A stretch of 24,000 bases of DNA, taken from the NCBI RefSeq assembly GCF_018336915.1, contig NZ_CP064923.1:4625372-4649371 (forward strand). Direction: 5' to 3'. Positions 7,427-14,713 of this stretch are shown here, piece after piece; the stretch's first letter is position 1, and each line of letters begins with the position of its first letter. A program made the translations under genes and the position numbers. The notes below the pieces were generated by a model that was not told the origin of the DNA, made no database searches, and was given only the letters and a program-made list of their open reading frames with translations. This DNA is from Acaryochloris marina S15. GTDB taxonomy: Bacteria; Cyanobacteriota; Cyanobacteriia; Thermosynechococcales; Thermosynechococcaceae.

Positions 7427-8644
7427 TTAGGAATGAGAAGTGGGTTCAATCTCTTTAATCATGAGAAATCCCTCTTGAATCAAGTTCTGAGTTAAGGACA
7501 ATCTGCCAGCATCATTAATCAAACCACCAATATCTTTTATGGCCAGACAGGAATGGTCGATCAGATCGGTCAGGGAAGCCGCTAGAAAGATAGGAAAGGT
7601 TAGGCTTTTTTGATAGAAGTTCAAAATAATTTGGGTTGAACTTCTATCAACTGAAAATAGGATATTGGGCCTACGGGCAACGACAGAATCGAGATTGAGC
7701 TGTGGCAGATGGATCAGGTCTTGGAAGCGGCCTTGGTCTTCTGATTTGCGATCGCACAAAAATACCCCATTCTTCCGCTCCACCAATTCTTTGGTCTTCA
7801 CCCTATTCATTAAGGACTGGCTCAGGGTTTGAAACGATTCATCAAAAGCCTGCTGTTGCTCAGAACTGGAAAAACCGTGGGGAATCGCTTTCCGAAAGGC
7901 CGGGTCAGCCTGGGCAATGGTGACCAACTCCTCCAAGAGTTCGTAAGCAAAGGTGGGATATAACCCTAGGGATGCGTGGACTGAAGTGGTTTCTTGACTG
8001 GCCGCTTGATGGACCACACCCCGAGGAATATAGAGCAAATCACCAGGCTGGAGCATTACCGTTAACTCTGGCTCAGCCAGTTCATGGCGGCCAATACTTT
8101 GATCTCTGATGTGAGAGGGTAGCTCAACGGGGGAATGGTAGAGTTTCCATTCTTTCTCCCCGGTGATTTGGAGAATAAACACATCATGTTCGTCGTAATG
8201 AGGTGCTAAACCCTGGGCTTGGGGGGGCGTGATGTAGATATTGGTTCGGAGCTTAAACTTCAGCTCGCATTCTAGGGCACTACAAAAGTGTCGCAGCTTG
8301 GGAATTTTCTTGTGGGCCCCGTTGATGGTCAAGGTTAAGCCCTGGTGCAACAAGCTATACAGCTTGTCATTGTCAATAAAATATTGTTGGGATTTAGAGT
8401 GGCGTTCGCACCAGTCTTCCAGACTTAGCTTATTGCCCTGATCCACTAGGCGGAAGTTATTGTAATCCGCCAACAAAGCTTTGTTTTGCAGCAGTAGATC
8501 GATGTCGCCTGGATCTAGGACCGACCCATAAAAAAAGGCATCATTCCTGGGCAAATGAAGCGTTTTTGCTTCCCAATAGGTCTGGAAAAAATCTTCAATC
8601 GTGCAGGGAGCGATTAAACGGGCAAACTGAGACTCAACCTTCAT
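7427..8644 (-). CDS. JmjC/cupin-4 family Fe(II)/2-oxoglutarate oxygenase (RoxA/YcfD-like peptide or protein hydroxylase)
   Basis: The facial-triad context is GLAPHYDEHDVFILQITGEKEWKLY (HxD), LLYIPRGVVHQA, and the distal His in TSVHASLG. The track starts the ORF at a TTG (8665). I prefer the ATG at 8644-8642, which overlaps the kinase stop (CATGAAGGTTGA) by 11 nt. Confidence 0.75.
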   Translation of the reverse strand: MKVESQFARLIAPCTIEDFFQTYWEAKTLHLPRNDAFFYGSVLDPGDIDLLLQNKALLADYNNFRLVDQGNKLSLEDWCERHSKSQQYFIDNDKLYSLLHQGLTLTINGAHKKIPKLRHFCSALECELKFKLRTNIYITPPQAQGLAPHYDEHDVFILQITGEKEWKLYHSPVELPSHIRDQSIGRHELAEPELTVMLQPGDLLYIPRGVVHQAASQETTSVHASLGLYPTFAYELLEELVTIAQADPAFRKAIPHGFSSSEQQQAFDESFQTLSQSLMNRVKTKELVERKNGVFLCDRKSEDQGRFQDLIHLPQLNLDSVVARRPNILFSVDRSSTQIILNFYQKSLTFPIFLAASLTDLIDHSCLAIKDIGGLINDAGRLSLTQNLIQEGFLMIKEIEPTSHS

Positions 8645-9539
8645 GGGCCAGGATGTGATTTTCAACTAGGGTAGCAATGTCCGGCAGTAAATCTAAGGAA
8701 GCTGGTCGTAGAAGACGCAAGAGAGGCACCTGTTGAGCCAGTATCATCAGTTGCTTAAAATGGCTGGCCCCTCGCTCCTGCAATAAAGTTTGCTCAAAGC
8801 GGGTGACATAGGAGTTTTGCATCAAATGTTGAATAATCTCCTGGGGCGGCAACGGCTTAATGGCGACTTCGTCTCCTTGCCCCAGCACAAAAATATATCT
8901 AAGAGGCAGAATGTCAGCCATAAAGCCCGAAGAGAGCTGATGATTCCGTTTTTCTAAGCGGGCACCTAATCGCGGCAAATCTTCGGGTTGCTTGCCAATG
9001 CAAGCGACGGCATCTGGCCACAGCTTAATTTGAGGAAAGGCAGGTTGCACCTGAATTTGATGACGTTGGATTTCCAGGGCCACCACATCATCCGCAATTA
9101 AGCTATGGCCTCGATCATGCAAGGTAGCTGCCATCGTGGATTTGCCCCACCGTTTTTGACCGATAAAGGCCACGGCTTCGCCTTCTAAGGCCACAGCGCT
9201 GGCATGGAGGACCAAAAATCCTCGTTGGTGCAATACGACCCCCATCACCGCGCCTAGAATAAACAGGCGAAGGCGATCCTCATCCAGATCGATCTCTAAA
9301 TCAATCAGGACATCTTGCCCTTCCTGAATCAAAAACGTCCCCACTCCCTGCCAATATAAATACATCCCCGCATCTGTATTTTGATAGCAATGCAGGGTGT
9401 TTTCGGTTTGCAAAGGACTATCGGTAATGGCACCAAAATGAATCCAAACATCCGCATCAGTTGCCAGGGTAGAGATCAGTTCTGGCAGTTGAATTTCAGA
9501 CTGTAGGGTCAAGCCATAGGCTGAGTAAAAGTGGGACAT
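8634..9539 (-). CDS. HPr kinase/phosphorylase-like protein; predicted lasso-precursor Ser kinase (paeninodin PadeK-type)
   Basis: 301-aa ORF. Walker A sits in the HprK-like context LHASAVALEGEAVAFIGQKRWGKSTMAATL. The gene is embedded in a lasso operon whose precursors end in Ser. Confidence 0.7.
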   Translation of the reverse strand: MSHFYSAYGLTLQSEIQLPELISTLATDADVWIHFGAITDSPLQTENTLHCYQNTDAGMYLYWQGVGTFLIQEGQDVLIDLEIDLDEDRLRLFILGAVMGVVLHQRGFLVLHASAVALEGEAVAFIGQKRWGKSTMAATLHDRGHSLIADDVVALEIQRHQIQVQPAFPQIKLWPDAVACIGKQPEDLPRLGARLEKRNHQLSSGFMADILPLRYIFVLGQGDEVAIKPLPPQEIIQHLMQNSYVTRFEQTLLQERGASHFKQLMILAQQVPLLRLLRPASLDLLPDIATLVENHILAHEG

Positions 9540-9672
9540 GGCAATTGCGGTTATCCAGACTCAAAGAATAACGTTTTTAGGCGATTTTTGCCTTAAGCAA
9601 TCAGGGTTAGATATTTGAGAAAGATAAAGTAGAGCCTGGAGAATCAATCCTGCAGATATAGACCGCCAATCC

Positions 9673-10602
9673 CTACCGTGGGTCCATAGGCAGGATTTTC
9701 TTGAGGTTGGACTTGAGTTTTTTCAGGAACGGTTGAGCGGATTTAGGGGAGTTGGCAGTAAACAGCTCATAGATTAACTGTTCGAATAGCGGATTGGGCA
9801 CCATGGGGTCTGGGTGAATCATGGCATCTAGGTCCAAATTAAAGGTCGGCAACTCATTCAGACCTTGGTTTCCTTGGGTATGACTGCCTTGAGTACCAAT
9901 ATTAGAAACCAGATTGACCTTGGGCACCACGGTAAGACCATTCTGGGCAAGACAAGAATAAAACCACGGAATATCCCAAACTTGTTGGTTTTGATAAGCC
10001 CAGTCAAATAATTGGGTAACCCAATCTGCTAGGGCTGGCTGCGGAAAAAATTGGGCCTGTCGATACTGAGGCCAGCCCGTCATTTTGAGGTCGTAGCATT
10101 GCCAAGCCCTGCGCCAAGAGGCCCATCCCCAAGACACAAAAAATTTAGAAAACACATAGGTCTGGGGAATCGGTAAGGTATCTCCCAGAAAATTACTGCC
10201 GGAGATAGTCATCACTTGAGATAGATGACGGTACTGGGCCAACATGGCTTGGCAAAAAGGGAAAAAACTGGGATGGGGAAGACAATCATCTTCTAAAATG
10301 ATCGCTTCTTCCACCTGAGAGAACACCCAATCCAACCCCTGGGCATTGCAACACCGCCCCCCAAGATTCGAGTCTGAAAAATGGGTGAGCACCTCGCACT
10401 CCCAATCCACTTGATCGACAATGGCTCTAGCTTGCTGGCATAATTTTTGGTCCTCTGGAACATCAGCTCTCGGGCCATCTGCAACGATTAACAAAGCTTG
10501 TGGTTTGGCCTGGGCAATCGCGGCAAACACCTGACTGGAATATTGAGGGCGATTGAAAATATGAAACGCAACGGGAGTGGAAAGGGGCATCAGGAGTGCC
10601 AT
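9673..10602 (-). CDS. GT-A-fold glycosyltransferase (GnT-I/GT13-like, 'HlpA-like' family)
   Basis: 309-aa ORF. The N-terminus is VAFHIFNRPQYSSQVFAAIAQAKPQALLIVADGPR. The acidic motif ILEDDCLPHPSFFPF resembles the EDDLEVAPDFF motif of GnT-I. No sulfotransferase PAPS-binding motifs were seen. The assignment rests on remembered family signatures only. Confidence 0.55.
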   Translation of the reverse strand: MALLMPLSTPVAFHIFNRPQYSSQVFAAIAQAKPQALLIVADGPRADVPEDQKLCQQARAIVDQVDWECEVLTHFSDSNLGGRCCNAQGLDWVFSQVEEAIILEDDCLPHPSFFPFCQAMLAQYRHLSQVMTISGSNFLGDTLPIPQTYVFSKFFVSWGWASWRRAWQCYDLKMTGWPQYRQAQFFPQPALADWVTQLFDWAYQNQQVWDIPWFYSCLAQNGLTVVPKVNLVSNIGTQGSHTQGNQGLNELPTFNLDLDAMIHPDPMVPNPLFEQLIYELFTANSPKSAQPFLKKLKSNLKKILPMDPR

Positions 10603-10620
10603 GGAAGAAGAAGCGGAATT

Positions 10621-11229
10621 TCAGACAAACCAGCTGACAATCGAGAAGCGCTCACCATAGGTGACCGGTTTAACTTCATGCCAGAGATCGGATCGAAACG
10701 CAATCAGTTGACCTTGTTCAGGCTCCAGAGGGAAGCCATAGTTTTGACCGCGAGCATCATCAAGTAATCCATAGAGGGCTAAGGCTCCGCCCCCAAAGGT
10801 CTGAGGACTAGGCTCAGCGGACATACTGTTGAGGAAAATAATTAAAGACACCAGTCGATTTTTTTCAAACTTAGAGCCCGGTAGGCTCGGATCGATGACA
10901 TCTCGATGAAGGCCAAAAAAGTCGCCCACTTGATAGCGATAGCAGGAGGGGGGTTCTAAGTCCTGGAGTTGGACCTGGAAATGGGTTTCTAATCGCGGCT
11001 TAATAGCAATTAAGCGCTCACGAATGCTCTGGGCCGTGGTTTGACTTATTTGCAACTGGCCCGTTTTTCGTCGACTATTGTCGGTCACAGCCTCACCATA
11101 TCTTGTGAGGCGAGCGGGCTCACAGGGGCAGGTCTGTGCTTCCGTGAGGTAGGACTCACAAAATTGTGGATCTAAAAAGCCGGGGTCAACAAATACCCCC
11201 AAGCGTTCAAAAAAAGCAGCGCTAGGCAT
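10621..11229 (-). CDS. 2OG-Fe(II) oxygenase, prolyl 4-hydroxylase-like
   Basis: 202-aa ORF. HxD is in DFFGLHRDVIDP. The distal His and the 2OG-binding Arg are in LIAFRSDLWHEVKPVTYGERFSIVSWF. It ends 18 nt upstream of the GT-A gene. Confidence 0.8.
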   Translation of the reverse strand: MPSAAFFERLGVFVDPGFLDPQFCESYLTEAQTCPCEPARLTRYGEAVTDNSRRKTGQLQISQTTAQSIRERLIAIKPRLETHFQVQLQDLEPPSCYRYQVGDFFGLHRDVIDPSLPGSKFEKNRLVSLIIFLNSMSAEPSPQTFGGGALALYGLLDDARGQNYGFPLEPEQGQLIAFRSDLWHEVKPVTYGERFSIVSWFV

Positions 11230-11299
11230 TGCTCCGAACCTTTTATTCAGCGATGGAAAAATATTTAATATTCTAGATCAAGTCCTCAGAAGATGAGGC

Positions 11300-11758
11300 T
11301 TAGATCTTGGAATCAAATGATGGCATTGGTGTAAAGCGGGATAAGTCATTCACAAAGCCCATGATCACTTGCCCTTGCAACTCAACCCAGGCATGGGCTT
11401 CTAGAGAATGGTCTTCTGCTTTAGCAACCCCAATTTTTAGCTCGGGTTCATAGCCTCGCCGACAAATTAACACTTGAGTGACGAGGGCTCGAGCTAAACA
11501 TTTCACCTTTCCTGGCATAAAGCGGCTGCTGGTGTTCACTGCCCAGACCACTTTACCTACGGTCCTACGACTAATCTTAGTCAGGGTAGGCGATTGATAG
11601 TAAGCAGACGTTTGGTGAAAGTTGACCAGCCATTTTTGCAGGATTTTGAAGGGTAGCAACCACAACCCCAATCGAACCAAGCCCAAGAGAACGTAGGTTT
11701 TGATCAGGAGGGTGCGATCGCAACTTCGCAACCGCAAAAATTTAAGCACTGGCGACAT
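11300..11758 (-). CDS. Lasso-peptide leader protease B2 (transglutaminase-like cysteine protease)
   Basis: KCLARALVTQVLICRRGYEPELKIGVAKAEDHSLEAHAWVELQG carries the Cys and His (AHAWVE) signature of lasso B2 proteins. The track ORF starts at a TTG (11770). The ATG at 11758 is more likely, and either start overlaps the end of B1. Confidence 0.85.
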   Translation of the reverse strand: MSPVLKFLRLRSCDRTLLIKTYVLLGLVRLGLWLLPFKILQKWLVNFHQTSAYYQSPTLTKISRRTVGKVVWAVNTSSRFMPGKVKCLARALVTQVLICRRGYEPELKIGVAKAEDHSLEAHAWVELQGQVIMGFVNDLSRFTPMPSFDSKI

Positions 11759-12047
11759 CTTTGATCTCAATCAATTCCGATTCAGCCATCTCATTTAGCA
11801 ACCTCATGACATCTTGTTCACACTGGTCCGACCCAACTTCGTATTGATCTAAAATTTGGTCGCAGATATCTTTAACCGATCGAGGTTGCTGAAGTAAATT
11901 CCAAACACTTGCACCCACTTCATTCAAACCGAAGTACATTCCTGTCTTCAGGTTGAGGATAACTGATTCCCCGGCTAAGTCAGATGAGACTTGCTCTGGG
12001 GTCGCAACAACCGTTGTATTCGTTGAAATAGTGGTAGTCAAACTCAT
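11742..12047 (-). CDS. PqqD-family RiPP recognition element (lasso B1)
   Basis: 101-aa ORF. DLAGESVILNLKTGMYFGLNEVGASVWNLLQQPRSVKDICDQILDQYEV...DVMRLLNEMAESELI follows the PqqD pattern (GE.vll....g.yf.LN..g..iW.ll), and the gene overlaps B2. Confidence 0.85.
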   Translation of the reverse strand: MSLTTTISTNTTVVATPEQVSSDLAGESVILNLKTGMYFGLNEVGASVWNLLQQPRSVKDICDQILDQYEVGSDQCEQDVMRLLNEMAESELIEIKDVASA

Positions 12048-12236
12048 AACCCTTTAAAACAATCTAATATAATGCAGATTTCGTTTAAGTTAGCACAGAT
12101 ATTTTATATTTATCCGTAGGAATTAAAACATTTAACCATTAGCTTTACAGGGATTGTCGACTCATTTTTCGCCAGACAACTTTGACCCATTTTATGCCGT
12201 GTTGACGATGCCGCTGACAGACTGTATTTCCGCTGC

Positions 12237-13439
12237 TTACCTTTTTGAATTGCAGAATTTTTCAACGCAACGCACAAAGATTTCCACTCCCATGGCTAAA
12301 GCAGTCTCATCAAAATCGAATTGGGGATGGTGGTGGGGATAGGCTAATCCTCGCTCGTCATTGGCTGAACCCAAAAAGAAGTAGCAACCTGGAACTTCTT
12401 GCAAAAAGAAGGACATGTCTTCCCCTCCCATGGTTTGACAGTTGGGAACCACACCTGTTGGTGTTTCAATCACTTCAGTACTGATGGAGCGTACTAAATC
12501 TGCGATCGCAGCATCATTTATCACAGGTGGATACAGTCGCCAATACTTTAAGTCGTAGGTGGCTCCCCAACTTTGACAAATCCCCGTCAGGATATCCTGC
12601 ATACGCGGCTCAATCAGATGGGCCAATTCTGGGTCAAAGTAGCGAACCGTGCCGCTCATAAAGCTGGAGTCGGCAATCACATTAGAAGCTGTGCCCGCAT
12701 GGAGTTGTCCGATGGTCACCACAGCTGAATCGAGGGGATTGACATGGCGAGCCACAATGGCTTGGAGGGCGTTGACGATTTGAGCGCTGATCACCACTGC
12801 ATCCGTGGTTTGGTGAGGCATGGCGCCATGTCCCCCCTTGCCCTGAATCTTGCATTCAAATAGATCCACGGCAGCCATCAGCGGCCCTGATTTGACGCCA
12901 ACGGTGCCGAGGGGGAGATTGTTCCATAAGTGCAGGCCAATAATGGCATCAACTTGCGGGTTTTGCAGAACACCCGCCTCAATCATGGGCTTGGCCCCAC
13001 CCGGAGATTCTTCAGCAGGCTGGAAAATGATCTTGACCGTACCGGCAAAGTCTTGGCGATGTTGAGATAAATAGCGGGCTGTTCCCAGAGCAATGGCCGT
13101 ATGTCCATCATGGCCGCAGGCATGCATGACCCCATCGTGGCGTGACCGATAGGAAACCGTATTCTCTTCCTGAATGGGCAAGGCATCTATGTCTGCCCGA
13201 ATCGCTAACACTGGCCCCGGTTGTGCCCCAGAGATCGTGGCCATGATACCCGTTTCAGCAATGCCTGTTTGATGGTCAATGCCCCATTCTGTTAAGCGCT
13301 GAGCTACAAATTCAGCAGTGAGATGCTCTTTGAATCCAAGTTCTGGATATTGATGCAGATGCCGTCGCCAAGAGACTAAATCCAGTTGTTGGATATCTGA
13401 GCGAATGGAGGTATCAGAATGAGGAGGAGAAGAAACCAT
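12237..13439 (-). CDS. M20/M25/M40-family amidohydrolase (N-acyl-L-amino acid amidohydrolase / hippurate hydrolase-like)
   Basis: 400-aa ORF. WRRHLHQYPELGFKE, MHACGHDGH and FQPAEE are characteristic of the ILR1/AmhX-type M20D subfamily. Confidence 0.85.
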   Translation of the reverse strand: MVSSPPHSDTSIRSDIQQLDLVSWRRHLHQYPELGFKEHLTAEFVAQRLTEWGIDHQTGIAETGIMATISGAQPGPVLAIRADIDALPIQEENTVSYRSRHDGVMHACGHDGHTAIALGTARYLSQHRQDFAGTVKIIFQPAEESPGGAKPMIEAGVLQNPQVDAIIGLHLWNNLPLGTVGVKSGPLMAAVDLFECKIQGKGGHGAMPHQTTDAVVISAQIVNALQAIVARHVNPLDSAVVTIGQLHAGTASNVIADSSFMSGTVRYFDPELAHLIEPRMQDILTGICQSWGATYDLKYWRLYPPVINDAAIADLVRSISTEVIETPTGVVPNCQTMGGEDMSFFLQEVPGCYFFLGSANDERGLAYPHHHPQFDFDETALAMGVEIFVRCVEKFCNSKR

Positions 13440-13951
13440 AGTACTCTTCCCAAAACGGGAAAACGGTCAATTACTTCTTTAAGAATACTATTCCTAGATT
13501 TTTCACGAGCAGTAAGCCAAAAACCAAATTAGCAACAAAAACCAGTTGATATCTTCATTCTCACAGTCTTAACTCTGAACTTAGAGTAAGCTAACCATCA
13601 ACGGATGGGCTCCACCGTTATTATCTAAAATCTTTGTTTGTGTTCTGCGGCTAAAAGACCTCAGCCTTACTGACTGATGATCCTACGTTTGGTGGCTTCG
13701 CATTTCAACTTTTAGTTCCAGTTGCTAAGCCTTGGTTTTAGATGAATTACGCCTTGAATATTTATTGCGAAGTGGGTTGATTTTTGGTGGGTCAGCTACG
13801 ATCCAAAAAAATTTGCTACTGGTATCTGCAGTTTTCTACTCCAAAGCTAGCACTGGATATTCGACAATCATGCCCATAGTTCAGGTCGGCTCGCGTCAGT
13901 AAAGCTAAGCTTCTAGCCGTACTTTTACCAACCCTTCACACTATCTTTATG

Positions 13952-14167
13952 AGCTGACTGCCTGACACATCTCTGAAAGCCTTTTCCTCGTATGGGTTTG
14001 CACTGTAAGAATAGCAACGCTGCCCCTAAGGCAAGAGAGTTGGTAATACGTTTAGGTTGCGTTTGACGTGTGAACAATGCCAAAAGCTAGCCTTATACAC
14101 CCTGCTATTCAGCATCCAAAAGCTACGTATCTAAAGGCTTTGAGGTACTTATGTCAGGCAGTCAGCT
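13952..14167. mobile_element. MITE-like non-autonomous element (216 bp) with 16-bp perfect terminal inverted repeats and a 5-9 bp target-site duplication
   Basis: AGCTGACTGCCTGACA (13952-13967) is the exact reverse complement of TGTCAGGCAGTCAGCT (14152-14167). Sub-terminal arms also pair at 11 of 12 positions: CTGAAAGCCTTT (13973-13984) with AAAGGCTTTGAG (14133-14144). The element is flanked by direct TTATG (13947-13951 and 14168-14172). An equivalent reading is a 9-bp direct repeat CTTTATGAG with 14-bp TIRs. There is no internal transposase. Confidence 0.55.
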
Positions 14168-14169
14168 TT

Positions 14170-14583
14170 ATGAGTCTCCAACAGAAAATTATTAAGGCTG
14201 CCATTCAAGGTCTGATCCAACTTGCAAACGACCCAAAATCTCAGGAAAAAGTAATGGACCTTGCCCAAAGTGCCTTTGACTTTTACCAGGTCAAAACTGG
14301 CCAAGTCAACTTGCAGTCTAGTGAAGATGCGGTTAAAAGTGCTGTAGAGTCGTGTATTCGTCAAGACGAGGAGAGCCAAGCCAGAGTTGCAGCATTCGTG
14401 TGTGCGATCTACGCTCAGCACGACGTCTATCGTGGTGCCCAAGTTGGAGGTAGCCTTCGGAAACGGTTTGGTCCATCTTGGTTCCCACGTATCAAGGAAC
14501 ATGAGGAGCGGTACGCTTTGAAAATAGACAAGGCACTGGAAGATTACCTATACCAGCAGATTCAATCTACTACTGACGCCTAA
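14170..14583 (+). CDS. Hypothetical protein (137 aa from ATG 14170; the track ORF is extended to 14077)
   Basis: Open frame MSLQQKIIKAAIQGLIQLANDPKSQEKV... with no family recognised. The track's 5' extension (14077-14169) lies entirely inside the MITE-like insertion. The ATG at 14170 sits within the right target-site duplication, which restores the pre-insertion start. Confidence 0.4.
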   Translation: MSLQQKIIKAAIQGLIQLANDPKSQEKVMDLAQSAFDFYQVKTGQVNLQSSEDAVKSAVESCIRQDEESQARVAAFVCAIYAQHDVYRGAQVGGSLRKRFGPSWFPRIKEHEERYALKIDKALEDYLYQQIQSTTDA

Positions 14584-14713
14584 CTCAAGTAATACAAAAT
14601 CGCATGGAATACAGCAATCCAAGATCAAAGGCATTACTTGATTTCAACCTCTCTCGTATCACTGCTAGTTGAATCGACACGGTTTATTCTGGCATCGTCT
14701 GAGTATAAGCCCT

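Noticed and set aside
12237-13439. M20 amidohydrolase as a possible member of the lasso cluster (for example an isopeptidase or a processing enzyme)
   Set aside because: It is separated from B1 by a 189-bp AT-rich promoter-like gap. Known lasso isopeptidases are prolyl-oligopeptidase-type serine hydrolases, not M20 metallopeptidases. This M20D subfamily is a common housekeeping gene. The link cannot be excluded, but nothing in the sequence supports it.
13440-13944. ~500 bp without ORFs between the M20 gene and the MITE, examined for ncRNA, repeats or small genes. It contains an imperfect hairpin at ~13570-13595.
   Set aside because: Only very short ORFs (fewer than 15 codons) and one weak bulged hairpin are present, with no repeat structure or recognisable RNA motif. 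The gap is flagged here, but nothing in it can be supported.
14077-14169. N-terminal 31-aa extension of the 168-aa ORF (MPKASLIHPAIQHPKATYLKALRYLCQAVSF)
   Set aside because: It lies entirely inside the MITE-like insertion (13952-14167). The ATG at 14170 coincides with the target-site duplication and restores the pre-insertion start.
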